Made by a program: the position numbers and the translations under genes. Source: Alphaproteobacteria bacterium (GTDB lineage Bacteria; Pseudomonadota; Alphaproteobacteria; UBA6615). Taken from it: a stretch of DNA of 64,000 nt. The stretch covers positions 2,317,773 to 2,381,772 of the forward strand of contig CBDBHH010000005.1 in assembly GCA_965205535.1 (NCBI GenBank), in the 5' to 3' direction. Positions within the stretch are counted from its first letter, which is position 1. Each line of letters starts with the position of its first letter. The notes beneath the pieces are model-generated. The model was given only the letters and a program-made list of their open reading frames with translations. It was not told where the DNA came from and searched no databases. Positions 45,192 through 54,819 of the stretch are shown here, piece after piece.

Positions 45192-46880
45192 CTAGTCGGT
45201 GAAGTGCTTCAGCACGCTTTCCATGGGGTTGGGGGCAGCCTGGCCGAGCCCGCAGATCGAGGCGTCGCGCATGGTCTGTGACAACTCACCGAGCAGTTCC
45301 GCGTCCCAGTTGTCGGCCTGCATCAGCGTGACGGCCTTCTCACAGCCGACCCGGCAGGGCGTGCACTGGCCGCAGCTCTCATCCTCGAAGAACTGCGTGA
45401 GGTTGAGCGCGACGGCACGGACATCGTCTTCCTGCGAGAGCACGACGACCGCGCCGGACCCGACGAACGCGCCATGTTTCTCGAGCGACCCGAAGGCCAG
45501 CGGCAGGTCGGCCATGGATGCGGGCAGAATGCCGCCCGACGCGCCGCCGGGCAGATAGGCACGAAGTTCGTGGCCGTCGGCCATGCCGTCGCAATATTCT
45601 GCGACCAGTTCGTTGAGGGTAATGCCGTTGGGTGCAATTTTGACGCCCGGTGTCCTGACCCGGCCCGAGACGGAATAGGCCCGCACGCCGGCATGCCCGC
45701 GGCGGCCCTGATCCTTGTACCAATCAACACCGGTTTCCAGGATCTCACGAATCCAGAAGACGGTTTCGACATTGTGCATCAGGGTCGGCTGACCGAAGAC
45801 ACCGTTCTGGGCCACATAGGGTGGCCGGTGGCGGGGCAGGCCGCGCTTGCCCTCGATGGATTCGATGAGGGCGCTTTCCTCGCCACAAATATACGCACCC
45901 GCGCCGCGCCGGAGCTGGATGAAGCCCGGCCCGATGATACCCGCTTCCTCGATGGCCGCGATTTCGCGCCGGAGTATCTCCCGCGCGGCGGGATACTCAT
46001 CACGCGGATATATCCATAGTGATTCCGCATCGACCGCCCAGGCCGCGATCAGCGCGCCTTCAAGAATGGAATGCGGCGAGCGCTCGAGAAAATGCCGGTC
46101 CTTGAAGGTACCCGGTTCGCCTTCGTCGGCGTTGATCACGACCGCGCGTGCGCCATCTTCGGCGCGCACGAAGTCCCATTTGCGCGCCACGGGGAAACCG
46201 GCACCGCCCATGCCGCGCAGGTCTGCTTTTTCAAGGGCGGCGTGTACCTCCTCGTAGGTTCTGTGATCCGAGACGCAAGACTGGAAAATGCCATAGGCGC
46301 CGCGCTTCAAGGCGACATCGAGGGTCTGATAAGGCTCGATACGGGCCTCGGTCTCACCCGCGGAAACGGCCGCGACGACATTCTCCTGGGTGGCGAAGTC
46401 GATGTGCCGATGGCCCACTTCGGCGACGGGTGCATGATCGCAGCGGCCCATGCAAGGCGCACGCACGACGCGCACATCGTCTGCCGTGTCGGCCGCCAAT
46501 GCGGCCAACAACTGGTCCGCGCCGGCCTGCATGCAGGGCAGGCTGTCACACACCCGGATGGTCAGCGCGGGCATATCCACGTCGTCGTCGGTCGCGACGT
46601 CGAAATGGGCGTAGAAGGTCGCGACCTCGTATACCTCGACCAGGGACAGTTTCATCAGCTCGGCCAGTGCCGCCAGATGGCGTGGTGACAGGCCGTTCCA
46701 GGCGTCCTGGATCAGATGCAGATGCTCGATCAGGAAGTCGCGGCGTATTGGTGCATCGCCGAGGAGCGTCTGCACTTCCGCCATTGCGTCGGGATCAACC
46801 TGCCGGCCCTTGGGCAAAGACGGCGCCTTTCGGCGCCCGCTGCCCGGGTGGTGAAAGTCCTGTGGCGTCTGTTCACTCAT
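45192..46880 (-). CDS. fdsB: NAD-dependent formate dehydrogenase beta subunit with fused gamma (NuoE-like plus NuoF-like)
   Basis: N-terminal thioredoxin-like 2Fe-2S NuoE-type region (CDSLPC...CMGRC) followed by the NuoF-type NADH/FMN domain (GGAGFP, GEPGTFKDR) and a C-terminal 4Fe-4S (ESCGQCTPCR). Confidence 0.85.
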   Translation of the reverse strand: MSEQTPQDFHHPGSGRRKAPSLPKGRQVDPDAMAEVQTLLGDAPIRRDFLIEHLHLIQDAWNGLSPRHLAALAELMKLSLVEVYEVATFYAHFDVATDDDVDMPALTIRVCDSLPCMQAGADQLLAALAADTADDVRVVRAPCMGRCDHAPVAEVGHRHIDFATQENVVAAVSAGETEARIEPYQTLDVALKRGAYGIFQSCVSDHRTYEEVHAALEKADLRGMGGAGFPVARKWDFVRAEDGARAVVINADEGEPGTFKDRHFLERSPHSILEGALIAAWAVDAESLWIYPRDEYPAAREILRREIAAIEEAGIIGPGFIQLRRGAGAYICGEESALIESIEGKRGLPRHRPPYVAQNGVFGQPTLMHNVETVFWIREILETGVDWYKDQGRRGHAGVRAYSVSGRVRTPGVKIAPNGITLNELVAEYCDGMADGHELRAYLPGGASGGILPASMADLPLAFGSLEKHGAFVGSGAVVVLSQEDDVRAVALNLTQFFEDESCGQCTPCRVGCEKAVTLMQADNWDAELLGELSQTMRDASICGLGQAAPNPMESVLKHFTD

Positions 46881-46996
46881 GGTCGGCCGGCTGCTCGCGG
46901 TTGATCGTGTGAATGGGGTGGGCGAATCGCATTAGATTGCCCCCCGTAGCCGCGGTCAACCGGGCGGTGAGATTGGCAGACTATCGAGGACCAGTG

Positions 46997-47632
46997 ATGG
47001 AACCGACAATCGAATTGCGGGTCGCCGAACTTCTCGCATCGCGCCTGTGTCATGATCTCATCAGCCCCGTGGGTGCGGTGAACAGCGGCATCGAGCTGAT
47101 GACCGAGTTCGGCGACGATCCGGACGGCGAGAGCATGGCGTTGATTACGAGCAGCGCGCGCACGGCCTCGGACAAGTTGCTGTTTTTCCGGATCGCCTAT
47201 GGCAATGCGGGCTCGGGGACCAACGTGCCGTTGGCGGACGGTCTCAACCTTGTCGCGCCGGTGTGCGTGAACCAGCGCACGGAGACCGTGATCGATGACG
47301 CGAGTGCAGGGACGATGCCTGGGGCGGGGGCAGTCAAGCTGCTGCTTTGTGTCGTGCTTATGGCCGGGGAATGCCTGCCGCGTGGTGGCACGCTCACGGT
47401 GCGGGTCGGCCCGGATATGACGGCAGAAATCACAGCTGCCGGAGAGGGCGCGCGTATCAGTGAGGACGAGAAGGCCGCTCTGGATGGCACATTCGACGTC
47501 GATGGGCTCGATCCGAAAACCGCGCATGCCTATTTCACCCGTTGCGTCAGCCAGCGTCTGTCGGTCGACGTGGCGGTTTCGGCCACGGATGACCGCGTGA
47601 GTTTCAGCGCGCAATTGCCCGCCGGAGCCTAG
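46997..47632 (+). CDS. chpT: histidine phosphotransferase ChpT
   Basis: RLCHDLISPVGAVNSGIELM (HisKA-like HPt motif of ChpT); start MEPTIEL with RBS GAGGA. Confidence 0.8.
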   Translation: MEPTIELRVAELLASRLCHDLISPVGAVNSGIELMTEFGDDPDGESMALITSSARTASDKLLFFRIAYGNAGSGTNVPLADGLNLVAPVCVNQRTETVIDDASAGTMPGAGAVKLLLCVVLMAGECLPRGGTLTVRVGPDMTAEITAAGEGARISEDEKAALDGTFDVDGLDPKTAHAYFTRCVSQRLSVDVAVSATDDRVSFSAQLPAGA

Positions 47633-47646
47633 CCGGCGCCGCAAAT

Positions 47647-47676
47647 GCAAACGGCCGGCAAAATGCCGGCCGTTGT
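47647..47676. terminator. perfect palindrome aacggccggca-aaa-tgccggccgtt between convergent chpT and ctrA (bidirectional terminator candidate)
   Basis: 11-bp inverted repeat seen directly in the 65-bp convergent intergenic space. Confidence 0.5.
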
Positions 47677-47697
47677 AAATGCTTCGGAAAGACTGAC

Positions 47698-48414
47698 CTA
47701 GGCGGCTTTCGCCTTGGCCTTCTTCGTTTGGGGTTCTTCGACCGGGTCGCGGAGCACATAGCCGCGCCCCCAGACCGTTTCGATGTAATTTTCGCCGTCG
47801 GTGGCGGTCGACAGCTTCTTGCGCAGCTTGCACACGAACACATCGATGATCTTGAGTTCGGGCTCGTCCATCCCGCCATAAAGGTGGTTCAGGAACATTT
47901 CCTTCGTCAGGGTTGTGCCCTTGCGCAGGCTCAACAGTTCGAGGATGCCATATTCCTTGCCGGTGAGATGAACCGGCTTGCCTTCGACCGACACGGTCCG
48001 GGCGTCGAGGTTCACGTCCATCAGGCCGGTATGGATGACCGAATCTGCATGCCCCTTGGACCGGCGAACGATGGCCTGGACGCGGGCGACCAGCTCACGC
48101 TTGTCGAACGGCTTGGTCAGATAGTCATCGGCGCCGAACCCGAGGCCCTTGATCTTGTTGTCCGGCTCGTTGAGGCCGGAAAGGATCAGGATCGGTGTTT
48201 CAACGCGGGCCTCGCGGAGGCGTCGCAGGACCTCGTAGCCATCCATGTCGGGCAGCATCAGATCCAGGATAATGATGTCGTAGTCGTAGAGTTTGCCGAT
48301 CTCCAGGCCGTCTTCGCCGAGATCGGTGGTGTCGCAAATATACCCCTCGGACTTGAGCATCATCTGGATGCTCTGGGCGGTTGCGGTATCGTCCTCAACT
48401 AATAGAACACGCAT
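47698..48414 (-). CDS. ctrA: cell-cycle response regulator CtrA (OmpR family)
   Basis: [25 protein letters not shown]...[23 protein letters not shown]... near-identical in pattern to Caulobacter CtrA; winged-helix C-terminus. Confidence 0.95.
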   Translation of the reverse strand: MRVLLVEDDTATAQSIQMMLKSEGYICDTTDLGEDGLEIGKLYDYDIIILDLMLPDMDGYEVLRRLREARVETPILILSGLNEPDNKIKGLGFGADDYLTKPFDKRELVARVQAIVRRSKGHADSVIHTGLMDVNLDARTVSVEGKPVHLTGKEYGILELLSLRKGTTLTKEMFLNHLYGGMDEPELKIIDVFVCKLRKKLSTATDGENYIETVWGRGYVLRDPVEEPQTKKAKAKAA

Positions 48415-48462
48415 TCTATCTCTCCGTAGATTGCCCACCCATGTGCCAGGGTGTTCTTCGCC

Positions 48463-48477
48463 TTAATCATCGTTAAC
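48463..48477. promoter_or_regulatory. CtrA box TTAA-N7-TTAA in the ctrA/fliI divergent intergenic region
   Basis: ccTTAAtcatcgtTTAAca matches the CtrA full-site consensus TTAA-N7-TTAA; a half-site TTAAC recurs ~17 bp downstream. Confidence 0.5.
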
Positions 48478-48630
48478 AGACTAGGCCCAAATGGTTAACG
48501 GAATGTTGCCAGATTTGGCCAGAGCTGAAATTCCCCGGCACATATTCACTCTTCCTTAAACACGATGCGGGCAGAATTGCTTGGTTCTCAGGGGTTTGGG
48601 CGGTTTTCGAGGCCGTTCTCTCCCAGCATA

Positions 48631-49803
48631 ATGAACCCAAGCGATGGGTGTTACGTGGTTAATTTTCGTCATCTTTTGTCCCAGGTCGACGCCATTCCCG
48701 ACTGTTACCGGCATGGGCGCGTTGCCGCCGTTAAAGGCATGATGGTTGAAGTCGGGGGTGTCCACAGATCACTTTCGGTGGGCGGACGCTGCAATATAGA
48801 GAAGCGTGGCGGCGGGCATGTCGCGTGCGAAGTTGTCGGCTTTCGCGATGACCGGGCATTGCTGATGCCGTTCGATACGCTCGATGGCGTGGGTATCGGT
48901 TCACGCGCCGAGCTGGCCGATTCCTCTCCGATGGTGCGCCCCGACCCGAGCTGGCTCGGCCGGGTGGTCAATGCCATGGGGGAGGCAGTTGACGGAAAGG
49001 CGCCGATTGAAAGCGGAAGTCAGGCTTATCCGCTGCGCGCGAATCCGCCCCCGGCCCACCAACGCCGCCGGGTCGGCGAGAAACTCGATTTGGGCGTGCG
49101 CGCACTCAACACCATGCTTACTTGCTGTCGCGGTCAGCGCATGGGGATTTTCTCGGGCTCGGGCGTCGGCAAGTCGGTGCTGATGTCGATGCTGTCGCGC
49201 TACACCAGTGCGGATGTAAATGTCATCGGACTGATCGGCGAACGCGGGCGCGAGGTGCAGGAATTTCTCGAGGATAATCTGGGCCCCGAAGGCCTGGCCA
49301 AGAGTGTGGTCGTCATCGCCACGTCGGATGAGTCTCCGCTCATGCGTCGGCAGGCCGCCTACCTGACGATGTCGATCGCTGAATATTTCCGCGATCAGGG
49401 CAATGAGGTTCTGTGCCTGATGGACAGCGTGACCCGATTTGCCCAGGCTCAGCGCGAGATCGGCCTGAGTGCGGGTGAACCGCCGGCCAGCAAGGGTTAT
49501 ACCCCGACGGTCTTCTCCGAACTGCCCAAGCTTCTGGAGCGGGCGGGGCCGGGTGTGGAGGGCACCGGCAATATTACGGGCCTGTTCACGGTCCTGGTTG
49601 AAGGAGACGACCATAATGAGCCGGTCGCGGATGCCGCCCGCGGAACGCTCGATGGTCATATTGTGCTGGAACGCGCCATTGCGGAACGCGGGCGGTACCC
49701 GGCGGTGAACATCCTGCGATCTATTTCGCGAACAATGCCGGACTGCAATGACAGTTTCGAGAACTCGCTCGTGCTGCGCGCGCGCTTTGCTCTCTCGCTA
49801 TGA
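48631..49803 (+). CDS. fliI: flagellum-specific ATP synthase FliI (reading frame broken at ~49785; C-terminal part continues in another frame to 50170)
   Basis: Walker A GSGVGKS, Walker B, and the FliI-type N-terminal domain. After ...[11 protein letters not shown] the homologous sequence ([24 protein letters not shown]...AFLSQ) continues in the +1 frame (track ORF 49748..50170). The shift sits in a (GC)5 repeat at 49776-49785. Confidence 0.7.
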   Translation: MNPSDGCYVVNFRHLLSQVDAIPDCYRHGRVAAVKGMMVEVGGVHRSLSVGGRCNIEKRGGGHVACEVVGFRDDRALLMPFDTLDGVGIGSRAELADSSPMVRPDPSWLGRVVNAMGEAVDGKAPIESGSQAYPLRANPPPAHQRRRVGEKLDLGVRALNTMLTCCRGQRMGIFSGSGVGKSVLMSMLSRYTSADVNVIGLIGERGREVQEFLEDNLGPEGLAKSVVVIATSDESPLMRRQAAYLTMSIAEYFRDQGNEVLCLMDSVTRFAQAQREIGLSAGEPPASKGYTPTVFSELPKLLERAGPGVEGTGNITGLFTVLVEGDDHNEPVADAARGTLDGHIVLERAIAERGRYPAVNILRSISRTMPDCNDSFENSLVLRARFALSL

Positions 49804-50166
49804 AGATATGGCCGAGATGATACGACTGGGCGCTTACCGCCACGGCGCCGATCCGGATGTCGACGAGGCGATCAAGTATTACCCCGCGCTTGAAGCGTTC
49901 CTGTCACAAGCCATCGACGAGCGTTGCACCCTCGACGAGGGTTACGCCGCCCTGGGGCAAATTCTCGAAATGTCGAACAACGATGCTCTCGATTTCGACC
50001 TGCCACCGGGGGCACAGCCATTATCCGACCCGGGAATAAACAACCCGGAAGCCATTGCTTCGGCATTCGGCGCTGACCTTCCGGAATTCGGAGAGGCGAC
50101 GCCGGACGAACCGCCAGTTTCCTTTTCGCCCCAGCCTATCGGAACCGCGCTGGCACCGAGTGACGC

Positions 50167-50586
50167 ATGAAATCACTCACGACCCTGATCCGTCTCCGCA
50201 AGCATACCCTCGATGAAGCCCGACGTGAGTTGACCGTGTTGCAGCAGGCCGTTGATGCGATTCATGCAGCACGTGAAAACCTCGAACGTGAGCTGGCGGC
50301 CGAATCTGCGACCGCCCGGGACGATGTCGAAGCGTCCTACCGGTATGGCAACTACCTGGTCACGGTGCGCGAGCGTCACCGGCTGCTTGATGCCCAGGAG
50401 AACGAACTCCTGCAGAAAATTGCACTGGCGGAAGCCGGGGTGCGCGAGGCGTTTCGCGATCTAAAACAGTTCGGAATCGCCGATGCGCAGCGTCTCGAAA
50501 AAGAGCGCGCCGCGGCGGGTCACCGTGAGCAGGCGGCACTGGATGAAGTGGCGCTGTCGGCGTTTCGCAACCGGGAAAACGGCTAG
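50167..50586 (+). CDS. fliJ: flagellar export protein FliJ
   Basis: 139 aa coiled-coil protein immediately after fliI (ATGA overlap with the extended fliI frame). Confidence 0.65.
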   Translation: MKSLTTLIRLRKHTLDEARRELTVLQQAVDAIHAARENLERELAAESATARDDVEASYRYGNYLVTVRERHRLLDAQENELLQKIALAEAGVREAFRDLKQFGIADAQRLEKERAAAGHREQAALDEVALSAFRNRENG

Positions 50587-50653
50587 GTTGAGCACGTCTC
50601 GCGCGCACTGCGAGGCGCTTGATCCCCGCTGACGAGACCAAACACAGGTAGCG

Positions 50654-51469
50654 CTAGAAGTACCGCCGCAGGCTTTTGGAGATTTTCTCCACATCGCCGG
50701 CCGCGGTGGCTGTCGGATGGCGGGTCATCATCAGGGTTTGATTGCGAATGGTCTCGGTGACCAGTCGGTCGACATGGATGATGCCGGCCAGCTGTGGCGT
50801 GTTTCCGAGAAACTTTTCGCATGCCTTGGACAGCGTTTGGTAGACGCGCTCACCCTCGGCCGTGCTGGCAGCCTGGTTGACGACAATACGCATGTCTTTT
50901 TCGGGTTCGCGCATCTTCATCAGTTTGACGAATGCGTAGGCATCCGTCAGAGCTGTCGGTTCGGTCGTCGTCACCACCAATATGATGTCGGCGCTGGCGG
51001 CGAGCGAGCGCACCATGTTGTCCACGCCGGCGCCAAGATCCAGGATCATGCGATCATAGTCGCGGCTGACAATATCAAGGTCGGCGAGTAACCGGTCGAT
51101 TCTACCCTGCGGGAGTGTTGCCAGGGCTGCCGTCCCGGAACTACCGGCGATGACATCCAGATTGTCGGCCACGTCGGTTGTCACGGAATCTTCGATCCGT
51201 GCGCGCCCGGCAATAACTTCGGACAAGTCCGTCTCGGGGGAAATTCCGAGTTGAACATCGACGTTTGCGAGACCCAGATCGCCATCGAACAACAAGGTGC
51301 GACGGCCCTTGAGCGCAAAGTTATGCGCAAGCGTTGACGAGAACCATGTCTTGCCGACACCGCCTTTGCCCGATGCGACCGCGATCCGCAGGACATCTGT
51401 ACCTGGCGTTGTGTTCGGCGTGGCGGACGGCGCCGCCGTTGGGTCCTGATGCGTGCCAAGTTCGGTCAT
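50654..51469 (-). CDS. flhG: MinD/ParA-family ATPase FlhG (FleN)
   Basis: Deviant Walker A SGKGGVGKT; position directly downstream of flhF. Confidence 0.8.
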   Translation of the reverse strand: MTELGTHQDPTAAPSATPNTTPGTDVLRIAVASGKGGVGKTWFSSTLAHNFALKGRRTLLFDGDLGLANVDVQLGISPETDLSEVIAGRARIEDSVTTDVADNLDVIAGSSGTAALATLPQGRIDRLLADLDIVSRDYDRMILDLGAGVDNMVRSLAASADIILVVTTTEPTALTDAYAFVKLMKMREPEKDMRIVVNQAASTAEGERVYQTLSKACEKFLGNTPQLAGIIHVDRLVTETIRNQTLMMTRHPTATAAGDVEKISKSLRRYF

Positions 51470-52521
51470 GATGCCGAAATCCTTTCTGCACCAAAGGCGG
51501 GTTTCTCCGCCTCTGCGTCTTCGTGAAGTAACATTGCCGGGAGCATCAACCGCGCCAGCGCGACCGGATTCAGGGTGCCCAGTCCGCCGCCGTTTTGCCC
51601 CAGAATCTCGGGAGATACGGAAACGTCGGAGAAGGCCAGACCGCCCTCATGCGCAGCGTCGAGCAGGCTGCCGAGACGACGTGTCATATCGACCCGCGTC
51701 ACGATCATTCGTTTGCATTTGAGTTGCGTGAAGGCATGCGCCGTTTCGATCGCATCGACCCGGTCGATACCGGCCGGCATGACCAGGATCGGTTCGACAT
51801 CTGCTGCCTCGATGAATTCGGAAAGATGATCGACGTCGACACTGTCAAACGGGTTGATGCCACTGCTGTCGATAATCGACACATCGCCCGTGCTGCCGGC
51901 AACCAGTGCCGCCAGCTCTCGCGGGTCCTGCGCGGCCCGCATGCCCACGCCGAGCGCCTCGGCCAGCGCACGCAGATGGTCAATGCCGCCTGTCTTGAGG
52001 GTGTCGATCGAATAGAGGCGTACACCATGTCCGGCGCGATCTGCGCGGGCGGCCATTTTCGCCGCGGTGACTGTTTTGCCTGAGCCCGGTGGGCCAATAA
52101 GCAACGTTGCGCGTTTGAGGCCGGCGTCGGTGACGACACGACCACCGAGTTTACCGAGCGGCTGGAAGTCGAAGACAGTATCCAGCGCGGCGGCGAGGGC
52201 GAGAGCGGGCGCGATTGGCTTGGTGACGAAGGATGCCGTTTCCAGCAGGCGCGTTGCGAGATCGCTCGTGACACCATTGTCGGCCAGTGCGGCGCGCAGT
52301 GTGGGAATCGGATCGTCGACCGGTTGTCCGTTGAATGGCTTTTTGTCGATGACGAGCGAATTGGCGTCCGTGTCCTTCTCCGGGATCGCGGCGGTGACGC
52401 GCATCGCCTTGCCCTTCTTGACCCGGTCGGTGGAAACGATCAGGGCGTCTTCGCCAAACGTCTCGCGTACCTTCTTGATTGCGTCCTGCAAACTTCCAGC
52501 TTCGAAACTCTTTAGTCGCAT
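51466..52521 (-). CDS. flhF: flagellar biosynthesis GTPase FlhF (SRP-like)
   Basis: LIGPPGSGKTVTAAKMAA G1 motif, DTLKTG G3-like motif, FlhF N-terminal region. Confidence 0.8.
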   Translation of the reverse strand: MRLKSFEAGSLQDAIKKVRETFGEDALIVSTDRVKKGKAMRVTAAIPEKDTDANSLVIDKKPFNGQPVDDPIPTLRAALADNGVTSDLATRLLETASFVTKPIAPALALAAALDTVFDFQPLGKLGGRVVTDAGLKRATLLIGPPGSGKTVTAAKMAARADRAGHGVRLYSIDTLKTGGIDHLRALAEALGVGMRAAQDPRELAALVAGSTGDVSIIDSSGINPFDSVDVDHLSEFIEAADVEPILVMPAGIDRVDAIETAHAFTQLKCKRMIVTRVDMTRRLGSLLDAAHEGGLAFSDVSVSPEILGQNGGGLGTLNPVALARLMLPAMLLHEDAEAEKPAFGAERISAS

Positions 52522-52533
52522 GGGGTTTTGCTC

Positions 52534-54783
52534 CTAGACCGCACCAAGGGTCCGGATGCGGACCTTCGGATGAACTTCGTTCTGGGACAGGATTGTCGTT
52601 TGTGGCCGGAACCGCTCGACGACGGAGCGAACAAACGGCCGCACACCGGGGCTGGTGAGCAGAATGGGAGCCGCACCTTCCAGAGCCTGGCGGTCGAACT
52701 CCTGGCGCACGATCGTGATGAAGTCCTGAAGCTTGGATGGCGCTATCGCGAGATGGATATCGTCACCCTCGCCGATCAGTGATTCCGAGAATGCCTGTTC
52801 CCAGTCCGGCGACATCGTGACAATTGGCAGGAAACCATCGTCATTGATGTGGCTGTCGCTGAGTTGGCGCGCCAGACGCGAGCGCACATGTTCGGTTATG
52901 GCGGTCACGTTGCGCGTCGCGACACAGGCTTCGTTGATTGCCTCGAGGATGGTGGCGAGGTCACGGATCGACACCCGCTCGGTCAGCAAGTTCTGCAGTA
53001 CCCGTTGGATGCCGCCGACCGTGATCTGGTTGGGGACCAGGTCCTCGATCAGCTTCTGGTGATCCTTGTCGAGCTCGTCGAGGAGGCGTTGGGTTTCGCT
53101 GAATGACAACATTTCGGACATGCTGTCCTTCACCACTTCGGTCAGGTGGGTGGTGATAACCGTTGGCGGGTCGACGACGGTGTAGCCGCGGAAAAGGGCT
53201 TCTTCCTTGTGGCCATCGGAGACCCACATGGCCGGCAGCCCGAAGGTGGGTTCGACGGTATCTTCGCCCGGCAGAGTGATCGGCTCGCCGCGCGGGTCCA
53301 TCGTCAGCAGCATGTTCGGGCGCACATCACCACGCCCGGCAGCGATTTCCTTGACCCGTACGACATAGGCGTTGGGCCCCAGTTGCATATTGTCCTGGAT
53401 ACGTACGGCGGGAAGTATGAAACCCATCTCGGACGCGAGCTGGCGGCGTAATGCCTTGATCTGATCGGTCAGGCGTTGGCCTTTCTCCGAATTGATCATC
53501 GACAGTAATCCGTAGCCGAGCTCGAGCCGGATCTGGTCGATCTGCAGCGCCGTTGAAATGGGTTCGTCCTCGACCGGCACAGCCGCCGCTTCGGCTGCTT
53601 CCGCGTCCACGACTTCTTGGGCTTCGTTTTGGTTGCGCTTCATCAACGCATACGCACCCGCACCGGTGGCACCCGCCAATGCCAGGAATGGCAGGGACGG
53701 AATCCCGGGCAGCAGCGCGAGGCAAACCATCAGAAAAGAGCTGACGCCGAGCGCGCTCGGATAGCCTGACAGCTGGCCGAACACCGCTTTGTCTGCGCTG
53801 CCGCTGACGCCGGCCTTGGTGACGACCATGCCGGCTGCCGTCGAGACAATCAGCGCCGGGATCTGGCTAACGAGCCCATCGCCGACCGTCAGCAATGTAT
53901 AAGTGTCAGCCGCTTGCGAGAATGTCAGGCCCTGCTGGCCCACACCGATGATGATGCCGGCGACGACGTTGATAAAGGTAATCATCAGCCCGGCGATGGC
54001 GTCGCCGCGCACGAACTTCGCGGCACCGTCCATGGCGCCGAAAAAGCTCGATTCTTCTTCCAATGTGCGCCGTCGGGTGCGCGCGTCATCCTCGCTGATC
54101 AGTCCGGCCGAGAGATCGGCATCGATGGCCATCTGCTTGCCCGGCAACGCATCGAGGCTGAATCGCGCCGCGACTTCCGCGATGCGCCCGGAACCTTTGG
54201 TGATGACGATGAAGTTCACGATGATAAGGATCGCGAATACGATAATTCCGATGACGAAATTACCGCTCATGACAAAGTTGCCGAAGGCCTCGATGACCCC
54301 GCCTGCCGCCGCGGTACCTTCATGCCCGTGACCAAGAATCAGCCGTGTTGAAGCCAAGTTTAGCGAAAGCCGCAGCATGGTCGCGATCAACAGAATCGTG
54401 GGGAAGGAACTGAACTCGAGCGGTGTTCGAATAAACAGCGCCGTCATCAGGATCAACACAGCGAAGGTGATCGAAATGGCGAGGCTCATATCGAGCAGCC
54501 ATTTCGGCATGGGCAGGATCAACACCACGAGGATGGCGACAATGCCGAGCGCCAGCCCGATGTCACCGCGCCGGAGGAGCGCCTGAAGCATGCCGCTCAG
54601 ATCGAAGGTGGTTACAGTCGATCGGTCGACGTCGAAAGTCTCGCCGCCGCTGCCAGGCATCGGCTGCGCCAGTCCCGGTTCGGTTGAATCACCTGTTCCC
54701 CCCGAGCCGCCATGTCCGCCGCCACCGGTTACCGGCACAACGGATGTAGGCGCGGGTAGCGCATTGGTGGAAAGATCGCTCAT
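52534..54783 (-). CDS. flhA: flagellar biosynthesis protein FlhA (with ~64-aa Gly/Ser/Thr-rich N-terminal extension if the start is at 54783)
   Basis: Canonical FlhA starts at ...MLQALLRRGDIGLALGIVAILVVLILPMP. The upstream 64 residues are G/S/T/P-rich. No SD before either start, so the alternative start is 54591. Confidence 0.85.
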   Translation of the reverse strand: MSDLSTNALPAPTSVVPVTGGGGHGGSGGTGDSTEPGLAQPMPGSGGETFDVDRSTVTTFDLSGMLQALLRRGDIGLALGIVAILVVLILPMPKWLLDMSLAISITFAVLILMTALFIRTPLEFSSFPTILLIATMLRLSLNLASTRLILGHGHEGTAAAGGVIEAFGNFVMSGNFVIGIIVFAILIIVNFIVITKGSGRIAEVAARFSLDALPGKQMAIDADLSAGLISEDDARTRRRTLEEESSFFGAMDGAAKFVRGDAIAGLMITFINVVAGIIIGVGQQGLTFSQAADTYTLLTVGDGLVSQIPALIVSTAAGMVVTKAGVSGSADKAVFGQLSGYPSALGVSSFLMVCLALLPGIPSLPFLALAGATGAGAYALMKRNQNEAQEVVDAEAAEAAAVPVEDEPISTALQIDQIRLELGYGLLSMINSEKGQRLTDQIKALRRQLASEMGFILPAVRIQDNMQLGPNAYVVRVKEIAAGRGDVRPNMLLTMDPRGEPITLPGEDTVEPTFGLPAMWVSDGHKEEALFRGYTVVDPPTVITTHLTEVVKDSMSEMLSFSETQRLLDELDKDHQKLIEDLVPNQITVGGIQRVLQNLLTERVSIRDLATILEAINEACVATRNVTAITEHVRSRLARQLSDSHINDDGFLPIVTMSPDWEQAFSESLIGEGDDIHLAIAPSKLQDFITIVRQEFDRQALEGAAPILLTSPGVRPFVRSVVERFRPQTTILSQNEVHPKVRIRTLGAV

Positions 54784-54819
54784 GCGGGTTCGGTGTCGCG
54801 TCTGGCGGAAATATCGAGG

